Positions 19,785-28,698 of a stretch of DNA of 54,693 nt are shown here, in pieces. The stretch comes from an uncultured Candidatus Saccharibacteria bacterium (GTDB lineage Bacteria; Patescibacteriota; Saccharimonadia; Saccharimonadales; JACDBH01), in NCBI GenBank assembly GCA_964641015.1, contig CAZXJN010000005.1:1-54693 (forward strand). The letters are read 5' to 3'. Every line of letters starts with the position of its first letter. Position 1 is the first letter of the stretch. The position numbers and the translations under genes are program-made. Under the pieces are notes generated by a model that saw only the letters and a list, made by a program, of their open reading frames with translations, was not told where the DNA came from and did not search any database.

Positions 19785-20396
19785 TTAGTTGCCGTGCAGC
19801 TTGAGGTTGCGCTCATGCGCGCCGACAATCATTTTTGATACCTGATATGGCTGCGGCACATACGAAAACTGGTAGTTCTCCTGCTCTCCCGCTGTTTCTA
19901 TCACAAGAGTACCGTAGTTAAAAAAATGCGCCAGCAGACCCTTCTGCGTGACTGTCACATCTTGCACGTCGCCAATGGAAAGCTGGGATATCTTGCGGTT
20001 AAACAAGCTTCTGTACACTACCTGCGCAATCTTCTCGCTCGTGATAAATATTACATTGCTCTGGTACAAAAAAGCGGCAATAAACGTCATAATCGCGGTA
20101 GCAATAATCATCACGAACATCACAAGCACCAGGAGCGGACGAAAGGTGTTTGCATTAGTGACGGCAAGCGCACTGTCAAAATCCGCCACACCCAAGAATA
20201 TACTCGCTGCAAGCAGCGCCACTATTACAAACGCTCCTGTAAGGAGCACGATAATCAAACCCACCGAATGTTTGCGAATTTCGGTAATCAACTCTTCTTC
20301 GGCGTCAAATTCAATAAACTGAAAGTAGCGGCGGCCTTCCGGCGATAGTTTGGTAGCTGTTTGTTCGCGGTGCCGTTTGTCTTGCTCGGTTTCCAT
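19785..20396 (-). CDS. Membrane protein with bacterial PH domain
   Basis: Two TMs then ITSEKI..Q...F.RKIS.LSIGDVQDVTV.Q.G....FNYGTL.IETAGE. Confidence 0.75.
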   Translation of the reverse strand: METEQDKRHREQTATKLSPEGRRYFQFIEFDAEEELITEIRKHSVGLIIVLLTGAFVIVALLAASIFLGVADFDSALAVTNANTFRPLLVLVMFVMIIATAIMTFIAAFLYQSNVIFITSEKIAQVVYRSLFNRKISQLSIGDVQDVTVTQKGLLAHFFNYGTLVIETAGEQENYQFSYVPQPYQVSKMIVGAHERNLKLHGN

Positions 20397-20531
20397 TCTC
20401 TACAGTATACCACTCGGGCTCTGATAAAAATCAGTGCAGAATAAATAAAAAATTTCCCATAGCGAGCAAAGGAATAAGTCAATTATACCAAAAAGTTTAT
20501 GCTTTGTCAATATACCGCACCACATTTTCAA

Positions 20532-20554
20532 ATTTTCTGGGGTCAGAACCTAGA
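20532..20554. repeat. 23-bp intergenic repeat, copy 2
   Basis: Identical to 9112-9134; here it extends to a 10-bp hairpin with loop GTCAGAA. Confidence 0.85.
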
Positions 20555-20577
20555 AAATATAAGAGCTAAAAAACAAA

Positions 20578-21609
20578 TTATAGGAGCGATGACTGGCTGT
20601 CGGAATCAAATTTTTTGCCGAGATGCTTATAAGCACGGTGCGTTACCTTACGGCCACGGGGTGTGCGCTCTAGCAACCCGATCTGTAGCAGATACGGTTC
20701 ATAAAAATCTTCTATTGTCGTCATTTCGTCACCGGTAAGCGCGGCCAAAGTATTAAGACCAACTGGACGCTGCCCGTAATTTTCTATCATCCGCTCAAGC
20801 AGGTGCCTGTCAGCCGGGTCAAGGCCGAGTTCGTCAATCTCTAGCATATGCAGCGCCGATGTTGTTACTTCCGTATCTATAATGCCATCGCCGTTAACAT
20901 CGGCGTAGTCACGCACCCGTTTGAGCAGGCGGTTGGCAATGCGCGGCGTCAACCTGGCCCTTGTAGATAGCGTATTGGCGGCTTCAGGGTGGATAACTGA
21001 CTCCAGTATCCCGGCAGCCCGGCTGATAATCTGGGCGATTTCTTCCGGGGTATAAAATTCCAGCCGGTGGATCATGCCGAACCTATCTCGGAGCGGCGCA
21101 GCCAAGCTGCCGGTACGGGTAGTTGCACCAATCAAGGTAAACTTGGGCACGTCCAAGCGTAGCGACCGGGCACTTGGCCCCTTGCCGAGCATAATGTCAA
21201 TCTTGAAATCTTCCATGGCGCTATAAAGCACCTCTTCTACTGAGCGGTGCAGCCGGTGGATTTCATCAATAAACAATATGTCGCCGTCCTGAAGATTAGT
21301 CAGCAGGCTGGCCAAATCACCCGCCCGCTCAATAGCCGGGCCGCTGGTGACGCGGATCTGGGCGCCCATTTCATTAGCAATGACGCTGGCCATAGTAGTC
21401 TTGCCAAGCCCCGGTGGGCCATACAGCAGGATATGGTCCAGCGGTTCGCCGCGCTTTTTGGCGGCCGCAATGGCTAGCTGCAGGTTTTTCTTGAGCCGGT
21501 CCTGGCCAATATAGCTGGCAAAGTCACGCGGCCTGAGCGTAATCTCCAGCTCGACCTCAGCCGGATCATTGTCATCAGTAGTGGTATGAATAATTCTCTC
21601 AACCGCCAT
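20578..21609 (-). CDS. ruvB: Holliday junction branch-migration ATPase RuvB
   Basis: [40 protein letters not shown]. Confidence 0.98.
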   Translation of the reverse strand: MAVERIIHTTTDDNDPAEVELEITLRPRDFASYIGQDRLKKNLQLAIAAAKKRGEPLDHILLYGPPGLGKTTMASVIANEMGAQIRVTSGPAIERAGDLASLLTNLQDGDILFIDEIHRLHRSVEEVLYSAMEDFKIDIMLGKGPSARSLRLDVPKFTLIGATTRTGSLAAPLRDRFGMIHRLEFYTPEEIAQIISRAAGILESVIHPEAANTLSTRARLTPRIANRLLKRVRDYADVNGDGIIDTEVTTSALHMLEIDELGLDPADRHLLERMIENYGQRPVGLNTLAALTGDEMTTIEDFYEPYLLQIGLLERTPRGRKVTHRAYKHLGKKFDSDSQSSLL

Positions 21610-21670
21610 AAGAAAACCTTCTTTTTTTAGTAGTTGGTAGATAGTAGCTGGTGGTTAGGAAGTTCATTGC

Positions 21671-22249
21671 TTACCTGCCCTTCAGCGCCAGTTTAATACG
21701 GTCCTCGGTTGGCATATCTGCATCAATATTCTTGAGGGCCAGAGCAGCGTCTTGCGGGCTATAACCGAGCGCAATAAGCGCCTCGGCCGCCTCATCCTGA
21801 GCCCCTAAGCCTGGTCGAGTAACTACGCCCTCAGCCCCTTCGTCCGAAACAAGGCCTACCTTATCGCGCAGCTCTACCACAATCTGTTCGGCAGCGCGCT
21901 TGCCTACCCCTTTGGCCGTCTGAAGCAGCTTTACATCGCCCGTGGCAATCGCTGCTCGCACCGCGTTGGCCGGGCCAATATCAAGCACCGCCATGCCGAC
22001 TTTTGGACCGACGTTTTTTACACCGATCAGCTGCTCGAACAACAGCTTGGTGTCCAAGGCAGAAAATCCAAATAAATCATGTCCTTGCTCACGAATGTGC
22101 TCATATATATACAGCTTGACCTGGTCGCCGATCGCAAAGCGTGCATAGTCATCGTTGGTCAGCACCACTCCGTAGCCAACCCCGTTGATATCGAGTACGG
22201 CCACATCTGCCAGCTTTTCGCTCATAATTCCACTAAGTGTCGCTATCAT
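21671..22249 (-). CDS. ruvA: Holliday junction DNA-binding subunit RuvA
   Basis: LDINGVGY, HIRE..LFGF, VGPKVG, GVGKRAAEQIVVELRDK. Confidence 0.97.
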   Translation of the reverse strand: MIATLSGIMSEKLADVAVLDINGVGYGVVLTNDDYARFAIGDQVKLYIYEHIREQGHDLFGFSALDTKLLFEQLIGVKNVGPKVGMAVLDIGPANAVRAAIATGDVKLLQTAKGVGKRAAEQIVVELRDKVGLVSDEGAEGVVTRPGLGAQDEAAEALIALGYSPQDAALALKNIDADMPTEDRIKLALKGR

Positions 22250-22300
22250 CTACCTCTTAGTATACACCATGACCCGGCCTCAAACCCCTGACAAATTAAC

Positions 22301-22771
22301 TCAGCGAAGGGTCATTGAATGAGTAATAGCACAGGCAATTGCGTCGGCGCAGTCGTCTGGTTTTGGCACCTCTTTGAGCCCCAAGATAACTCGCACCATC
22401 TCCTGGATTTGCTTTTTGTCTGCCCTGCCGTATCCTGTCAGCGCCTGTTTAATTTGCAGAGGAGTGTACTCGGCAATACTGAGTCCCGCCTGCACGCCAG
22501 TGAGCAGCACCACCCCCCTGGCCTGTGCAACGGTTATTGCGGTAGTGACATTTTGAGCAAAGAACAGCTTTTCGACCGCCATCTCATCTGGCTTTGTTTC
22601 AGTAATAATACCCGTGAGCTCATCATAAATTGTATGCAGTCTGACTGCGTCATCCTCTTTGACAGGCGTACGAATCACACCGCCGTCTATAAGCTGTGAC
22701 TTGCCTTTGACAACTTCAATAATGCCGAAACCGAGGATGCCGGTGCCAGGATCGATCCCGATAATTCTCAC
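22301..22771 (-). CDS. ruvC: Holliday junction resolvase RuvC
   Basis: IIGIDPG, AVEKLFF, QARGV, GRADKKQIQ, PDDCADA. Confidence 0.97.
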   Translation of the reverse strand: MRIIGIDPGTGILGFGIIEVVKGKSQLIDGGVIRTPVKEDDAVRLHTIYDELTGIITETKPDEMAVEKLFFAQNVTTAITVAQARGVVLLTGVQAGLSIAEYTPLQIKQALTGYGRADKKQIQEMVRVILGLKEVPKPDDCADAIACAITHSMTLR

Positions 22772-23400
22772 TTTAGAACCTCGACCTTATCGCCGTTAAC
22801 CACAAAGACCTGGCCGTCTTCTAAGCACTCATAAGTGTGGCCGCTGTCGTCTAACGCTCCGGCCATTTTTTCTGCTTCGGCACCAAACCAATCAGAACCC
22901 CAATGCGGCACGATCACCGTGTCAACCAGCCCCAAACCATCCCAGACCACATCTGCTTTATATACTTCATCGACGTGGCCAGGATCATCCCCGTGCTCGG
23001 TGCCGCGCAGGGTAGGGCCTGCCACAACCGATCCCGCGCTGGATCCTCCGTAGGCTACTTTGTCAGCCTTAACCTTGCTGATCAATATTTTATCCAAGCC
23101 GCTCTGCTTCATGGCCGAACGCAGCAGGAAAGTATTGCCGCCCGAGCACCACACCAGGCCAAATCCGTCTAGAATATCCGCAGGAACCTTAGCGTCAAAA
23201 TAATCGCGCAGGTCAATTTCTTCAAACTCAAATCCTAGATCTGAAAACTGCTGCCGGTGTTCAGCGATCTTGGCAGCTCTTTCGCTCGTGGGGCCATAAT
23301 CCTTGGCGTTGCCTATGTAGGCGACTTTTTTCTTACCGGTAATACCCGCCAGTACGCCGGGGTATTTGCCAAAATTTTCAGATGATAGGAACAGCCTCAT
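22768..23400 (-). CDS. Peptidase E-like (family S51)
   Basis: SGGNTF, GSSAG, VPH motifs. Confidence 0.85.
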   Translation of the reverse strand: MRLFLSSENFGKYPGVLAGITGKKKVAYIGNAKDYGPTSERAAKIAEHRQQFSDLGFEFEEIDLRDYFDAKVPADILDGFGLVWCSGGNTFLLRSAMKQSGLDKILISKVKADKVAYGGSSAGSVVAGPTLRGTEHGDDPGHVDEVYKADVVWDGLGLVDTVIVPHWGSDWFGAEAEKMAGALDDSGHTYECLEDGQVFVVNGDKVEVLK

Positions 23401-23402
23401 GC

Positions 23403-24116
23403 CTAACTCTTGATTTCAAAATTCGTGTGGGTGTTGCTCACGTCGTCCAGCTCATCGAGTGCATCCATAAGCCGCTCGATTTTACCGATGGTAGCTTCGT
23501 CTGACACCTCAATGGTATTGTTCGGCTCGTAGGATAACTCTGCCTGCTCTATCTCAATTCCTGATTCTTTCAACGCGTCGCGGACCTTGGCTAGATCAGT
23601 CTGGGCCGTATAGATAATGGTCTCGCCGTCCATTTCCTGGACGTCTTCTGCACCAGCATCAAGCGCTGCCATCATCAGATCATCACCGCCGCCCTTGGCG
23701 ATAATCACGCCTTTTCGCGTAAACTGGAATGCTACGGCACCCTTTTCGGCTATGCTGCCGCCGTGCTTGTTGAATGCGTTGCGCACTTCAGGATAAGTCC
23801 GGTTAACGTTGTCTGTGGCGCATTCTACAAGTATTGCTACGCCGCCTGGCCCGTAGCCTTCGTACATAACCTCCTGCAGCTGGGCTGCTGACTTGTCAGC
23901 AACGCGCGCAATTGCCCGGTCGATGTTGCTGCTAGGCATGTTGGCGGCCTTGGCTTTCTCTATAGCCATGGCAAGCGCAGGATTCATTGACGGGTCAGTG
24001 CCGCTGCGGGCCGCAATGGCAATCTGGTTGCCGATTTTAGTAAACACGGCTCCGCGCTTGGCATCTTCTACGGCTTTGCCGCGCTTGATTTTACTCCATT
24101 TGTTGTGTCCCGCCAC
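23403..24116 (-). CDS. yebC: YebC/PmpR family protein
   Basis: GTG start at 24116 with SD AGAAAGGA; AGHNKWSKIK, YEGYGPGG, TDNVNRT. Confidence 0.95.
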   Translation of the reverse strand: MAGHNKWSKIKRGKAVEDAKRGAVFTKIGNQIAIAARSGTDPSMNPALAMAIEKAKAANMPSSNIDRAIARVADKSAAQLQEVMYEGYGPGGVAILVECATDNVNRTYPEVRNAFNKHGGSIAEKGAVAFQFTRKGVIIAKGGGDDLMMAALDAGAEDVQEMDGETIIYTAQTDLAKVRDALKESGIEIEQAELSYEPNNTIEVSDEATIGKIERLMDALDELDDVSNTHTNFEIKS

Positions 24117-24139
24117 TATTGGTTTCCTTTCTGTGCACA

Positions 24140-24268
24140 CTTATTTTGAGAGTGGTAATTCGTCCTAAGCTAAGGACATTTCTTCAGCGTATACATAATA
24201 CGCTGCCGAAATGGATGCCTCATCTTGGCGCAACTGACGCTTGGCTCAAAAAAGCCGCTTGACTGTGT
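24140..24268 (-). ncRNA. Candidate structured 5' leader of yebC (homolog at 50779-50909)
   Basis: TTTTGAG/CTCAAAA closing stem and internal hairpins; sequence blocks shared with the RRM leader. Confidence 0.55.
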
Positions 24269-24338
24269 TAATGGTTCGCACAAATTACCCTTAGCGCAAA
24301 ATACCTGCTTCACTCTGTTTGTGTAAGGTCTTTTATTA

Positions 24339-25790
24339 CTACTCGAGGTAGTTTGTATCTGTTATTTTAGCATTTTTTGGTAGTTTCTGCCACCAGATGA
24401 AAGTAACAAGCAAAATAATACCGTACAGAAACACCATAGCGCCCGTACCGAGCAACACTTCGAACTGCATATTAGGAATACGCGCAACCAAACCTGCCAT
24501 ATCGAGCAGATATGTAAGAATGAGCCGTGCCGGCCAAGCAAACCACCCCGCCACCGCTGGCAGCATTGCCCCCGCCAGACCTGCAACAAATGCCGCCATC
24601 ATGCCGAGCGGAATCAGAGGCACTACTAACAGGTTCGCAAGCAGTACCATATAGCTTGATTCATTAAAAATATACAAAATAATGGGCAGCGTCATGATCT
24701 GTGCCGCAAAGCTCTCTAGCGCCAGCTCGCCAAACAGCCCTGGCTTTTTGTCTTTGTAGATACGTTTTTTCATCACTGGCGCTACCATCAGCACGCCAAA
24801 GAAAGCCAGAAACGATAAGTACCAGCCTATATCAGACCACAGATACAGCGGGCTCCATAGCGCAGTACCGGCAGCTGTCATCAGGATAATGAGCAGAGCC
24901 TTCATTCGTCGGCCAAAATACCACGCACCAAGAGATAATATGCTGATGATTGATGCACGTACAATTGACGGCTGTGCGCCAGTCACGAGCAAAAACGCAC
25001 CTATCAACAGGCATGCGGCTGCCAGCGCTTGAAATTTTGACCGCTTGGCAAACAACCTACGGGTCGCCCTAACGAGAATTGTGAGATTGTACCCTGACAC
25101 GGCGATAATATGCGTCAGTCCTACCATTGCTAAGATTTCACTGGTATGTTCGGGTAGAGTGTCCCGTTGCCCGATTAATATTCCCAGCCCAAACGATGCC
25201 TGAGGCTCTGGCAAAGCAGATTGGATTCCTGCAGAAAAATGCCTGGTCGCATTAAACACCACTGACTGAGAGCGACCCGTCACCTCCAATTGTGCATAGC
25301 TCATCCAGGCAGTGTATGACCCTCGACCCGGAGAAAACTTACCAGACACCAATACCTCATCGCCGCGATAAATCATCCGCTCGCCATAGCCGGATACGCC
25401 CACCTTACCGACGATTGGCCGCTCGCCATCAGGAGTCACCAACCTCAATGATCCCAGATCAAACGATATAGCACCGCGTGCATCATACATGCTGTCGCTT
25501 AACACCCTGCCGTGCAGTACGACGTTTTGTTTGCTGAGAGTTTGCACAAAATCAACCTCAGCCATGTATAATCCACCCCGCCACCACCCTAGACTCAGGC
25601 CGAACACAATCGCTGCATACACAGATAGCAACCGGCCCCGGCGAAAGCTCACCAAAAATAAAAATCCAAATATAATCGGCCACCACCCGCTGATCTCACC
25701 ACCCACGCGGGCCCATGCGAGACCCGCAAGTATTGCCGTACTGCAGAGGATAAACCTCGTAGTCCGACGGTAAACTGTACGCCGCTCCAT
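24339..25790 (-). CDS. comEC: ComEC/Rec2 DNA-uptake channel (no C-terminal beta-lactamase domain)
   Basis: GLTHIIAVSGYN, GAQPSIVRA, DIGWYLSF motifs; OB-like region; probable start ATG25790. Confidence 0.93.
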   Translation of the reverse strand: MERRTVYRRTTRFILCSTAILAGLAWARVGGEISGWWPIIFGFLFLVSFRRGRLLSVYAAIVFGLSLGWWRGGLYMAEVDFVQTLSKQNVVLHGRVLSDSMYDARGAISFDLGSLRLVTPDGERPIVGKVGVSGYGERMIYRGDEVLVSGKFSPGRGSYTAWMSYAQLEVTGRSQSVVFNATRHFSAGIQSALPEPQASFGLGILIGQRDTLPEHTSEILAMVGLTHIIAVSGYNLTILVRATRRLFAKRSKFQALAAACLLIGAFLLVTGAQPSIVRASIISILSLGAWYFGRRMKALLIILMTAAGTALWSPLYLWSDIGWYLSFLAFFGVLMVAPVMKKRIYKDKKPGLFGELALESFAAQIMTLPIILYIFNESSYMVLLANLLVVPLIPLGMMAAFVAGLAGAMLPAVAGWFAWPARLILTYLLDMAGLVARIPNMQFEVLLGTGAMVFLYGIILLVTFIWWQKLPKNAKITDTNYLE

Positions 25791-25871
25791 ATCAGGCAAT
25801 ATATACCCGTTTTCAACAATTGCAAGCATGAGCAAAAAATAAAATACCCCAGACAGGCTGAGGCACTTTAT

Positions 25872-26043
25872 TTGGAGGGACCAGCGGGGCTCGAGTATTT
25901 TACTGCTCGCTTAGGCCCTGAAGAGCTCGCTCGGCCAAGCAAAGAAAACTCAAACATCCACTGGATGTTCTCGCCCTCTCGGGTTCGAGCCTGCTAATTA
26001 ACATCCAATGAAAAGACCCCACGCGAGGGTGGGGTCATTTCAT
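25872..26043 (-). repeat. tRNA-Lys 3'-end duplication enclosing a palindromic mini-element
   Basis: TTGGAGGGACCAGCGGGGCTCGA at 25872-25894 repeats 26043-26065; internal AACATCC-act-GGATGTT palindrome. Confidence 0.8.
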
Positions 26044-26119
26044 TGGAGGGACCAGCGGGGCTCGAACCCGCGACACCAGGCTTAAAAGGCCCGTGCTCTA
26101 CCAGCTGAGCTATGGTCCC
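26044..26119 (-). tRNA. tRNA-Lys(TTT)
   Basis: GGGACCA...CTTTTAA anticodon loop...GGTTCGAGCCC...TGGTCCC-T-CCA, 76 nt. Confidence 0.96.
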
Positions 26120-26272
26120 GCAAATGCTTATGCATTTGCGAGTAGAAAGTTATGAAGTCATAAAGTAAAAAGTTTTTCTTACTTTGAACTTTATAAACAT
26201 TTAACTTCCGACTAGCAAAATATATTTTGCAACAGGGGTTATTATCTGTTATTTGGGTAAAAAAGTCAACAA

Positions 26273-26758
26273 TTAGTGCTTTTTCCTGTGCTTTCCACCC
26301 GTTCGTTTTGTCATCATTACCAGTAGAGTGATGGACATAACTACCCCTACTCCTACGGTGAGTTCCTGGTACTGTGTCACTACTGCCCATGTCTCCGTAG
26401 ACATTGCTGCATTTGCCACCCCTTCGGGTAGCAGAGGTACGATAAGCACCAGCGCAAGCAGTGATGTTGCGAGCGCTGGCAAAAACCCCAGTAGAACAAG
26501 CGGTTTTGGCAGTTGTCCGCGCAAAAATACCGCACAGAGTACCAGTGGCGCAAGCAGCATGATAATGCGTGCAGTATGCGAAGCATACTCTGCCCCGCTC
26601 GTCACTGATGAGGCGATGAGCGCTACATTCGTACCAGAATATTCAACGAGCACGCTGCCCGCGCAAAGTGCCAAAAAGCAAACTGCTGCATTGGTGCGCA
26701 AAAACAACAGGAGGACGGTAAACGCTGCCACAATAACCAGTGGTAAAAATTCAATCAT
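26273..26758 (-). CDS. Hypothetical multi-TM membrane protein
   Basis: 161 aa, about 5 hydrophobic segments, basic C-terminal tail; TATAAT 6 nt before ATG. Confidence 0.75.
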   Translation of the reverse strand: MIEFLPLVIVAAFTVLLLFLRTNAAVCFLALCAGSVLVEYSGTNVALIASSVTSGAEYASHTARIIMLLAPLVLCAVFLRGQLPKPLVLLGFLPALATSLLALVLIVPLLPEGVANAAMSTETWAVVTQYQELTVGVGVVMSITLLVMMTKRTGGKHRKKH

Positions 26759-26796
26759 ACCGTCATTATAACTGAAAAAACATAAGCAGATGCCAG

Positions 26797-27300
26797 CTAC
26801 CAGCTAAACTCAGTGCCGACCAGCCAGCCTGCTTGCTGTGCATAACCAGACGATACCTCTAGCACATAACGCGTTGGCTTGTCAGGACAAAAGCTCTGGG
26901 GATACGTGCTTGGCAAAACGGAGTTTTTTATAGTCACCACCCGCTTCTCCTCGTCCAGCCAGATCATGTCAATGGGGAAGTTCATATCTTTCATCCAGTA
27001 GCAGTAATCGCCGGGCAGTTCGTAGCTAAACAACATGCCGCTGCCTGGATTCAAACAGTTGCGGAATGATAGCCCCCTGGCCTTTTCTTCTCCAGTCTTA
27101 GCCACTTCAGCACGGACAGTCCTGTCCTCAGCCGATATTTCTACAACTTCTAAATCAGGGTTTGTGGTGCAGTCTGTTCTTAGTAATGAGGACTCCGGCC
27201 GGAAAAAAAGCCAGCCAACTACAGCCAAACCTATGATCCCGCCGATAATAAGCAGCCCTTTAGGCGCCGACGCGGTCTCTGCGGGGCTGTCGTTTGGCAT
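26797..27300 (-). CDS. DUF192-family membrane-anchored protein
   Basis: AEVA.T.EEKARGLSFR, GMLF, WMKDMNFPIDMIWLD, YVLEV; start uncertain (overlaps the rimK end). Confidence 0.85.
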   Translation of the reverse strand: MPNDSPAETASAPKGLLIIGGIIGLAVVGWLFFRPESSLLRTDCTTNPDLEVVEISAEDRTVRAEVAKTGEEKARGLSFRNCLNPGSGMLFSYELPGDYCYWMKDMNFPIDMIWLDEEKRVVTIKNSVLPSTYPQSFCPDKPTRYVLEVSSGYAQQAGWLVGTEFSW

Positions 27301-28171
27301 TTTGTTCGACATATTCAATAATCTTCCCAGCTACATTGCGGCCGGTTACCGTTTCGATACCAAATCCCGGGCTGCTGTTTACCTCCAGCACTAGTGGGCC
27401 ACGGTTCGAACGCATAATATCCACACCGCAGATACTCAACCCCATAGCCTTGGCTGCCTTTTGCACGGTTTTCTTTTCTTCCTCTGTCAGCTTAACCGCT
27501 GTACCCTCTCCGCCCTGATGCAGGTTAGAACGGAAGTCATCATCCAAGCTCTGACGCTTCATACTGGCAATCACCTTGCCGCCGACAACAAGCGCACGGA
27601 TGTCTTCACCAGCTGACTCTTTTATAAATTCCTGAAGCAATATGTTAGTACCGTCATCATCCATGACGTAAAACGCCTGCATTACGGACTTGGCAGCCTT
27701 TTTGGTCTCAGCTAGGACTACGCCGTTGCCATGGGTACCGCGTGCCAGCTTGATGATAACCGGATAGCCGCCCATATCGTCAATTTGGTCGTCTATGTCA
27801 TTAACAGAACGGGTAAACACCGTCTTTGGTATACCTACGCCAGCTCGAGCCATTAGCTGGATAGAACGCAGCTTGTCACGTGATCGCACAATCGCAATCG
27901 AGCTCGTCGTCGTATAAACACCTTGCATCTCAAACTGACGCACAATTGCTGTGCCGTAGCGAGTCATATTGCTGGCAATGCGCGGAATAATAGCATCGAA
28001 ACCCTTCAACACCTCACCCTCATAACGAACTACCGGATTGCTTTGTTCGATAGCCGCATGGCAGTTCTTGTATTTAATAATGTGCGCCTCATGCCCACGC
28101 GCAATAGCCTCTTCCTTGAGACGCTTTGTAGAATAGTTACTGGGTCCGTTAGATAAAATTGCAATTTTCAT
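27260..28171 (-). CDS. rimK: RimK-family alpha-L-glutamate ligase
   Basis: YSTKRL.E, IPRI, SRDKLRS.QL, QEFIKE..GEDIR, FRSNLHQGG, VLEVNSSPG. Confidence 0.92.
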   Translation of the reverse strand: MKIAILSNGPSNYSTKRLKEEAIARGHEAHIIKYKNCHAAIEQSNPVVRYEGEVLKGFDAIIPRIASNMTRYGTAIVRQFEMQGVYTTTSSIAIVRSRDKLRSIQLMARAGVGIPKTVFTRSVNDIDDQIDDMGGYPVIIKLARGTHGNGVVLAETKKAAKSVMQAFYVMDDDGTNILLQEFIKESAGEDIRALVVGGKVIASMKRQSLDDDFRSNLHQGGEGTAVKLTEEEKKTVQKAAKAMGLSICGVDIMRSNRGPLVLEVNSSPGFGIETVTGRNVAGKIIEYVEQNAKRQPRRDRVGA

Positions 28172-28174
28172 AGA

Positions 28175-28651
28175 TTAACTTTCTTTTTCAAGCTTTGACT
28201 GCCGCTCAGCAGAACGCTCCTTTTCTTCTTCAATCAAAGCCTTCCCTAGTTTAACATCAACGATGAATTTACCACGCAAAGTATTCCGGCCTATGAGGAC
28301 AGGAAATACTTGCTTGCTACGATCTGTAAGTGTAACTCGGCTGCGAATAACTTTTCCACCAATACAGATGCGGAGCGGAATTTTATATCGTAATTCTGAC
28401 TGCCCGTTTGAGCTTATAACCTTTACATGCGAGAACTCATCAAAGTAAACAACCTTACCAGTAAAGGCAGGGTGTTCAGGGCCATAAAAAATTACCTCCA
28501 GCCGATCGTTGCTTACGGTGATAGAGCTTGCCCACACAGCGGAAGTTTGTGCACCGGTGTCGATTCGTGCATATACAACCTCATCACCAAGATCAGGGAA
28601 GGATACTTTCTCGGCTTGACCTATAATCTTTTTATCAGGAACATGAGCCAT
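28175..28651 (-). CDS. RimK-associated putative protease (RimB-like, retropepsin-like DTG motif)
   Basis: ARIDTGAQTS, SSNGQSELRY, LTDRS...FPVLIGRN..F.VD; directly upstream of rimK. Confidence 0.85.
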   Translation of the reverse strand: MAHVPDKKIIGQAEKVSFPDLGDEVVYARIDTGAQTSAVWASSITVSNDRLEVIFYGPEHPAFTGKVVYFDEFSHVKVISSNGQSELRYKIPLRICIGGKVIRSRVTLTDRSKQVFPVLIGRNTLRGKFIVDVKLGKALIEEEKERSAERQSKLEKES

Positions 28652-28698
28652 GACTAATATTATAGCATATTTATAATATTATTACAATACCATTTAGT

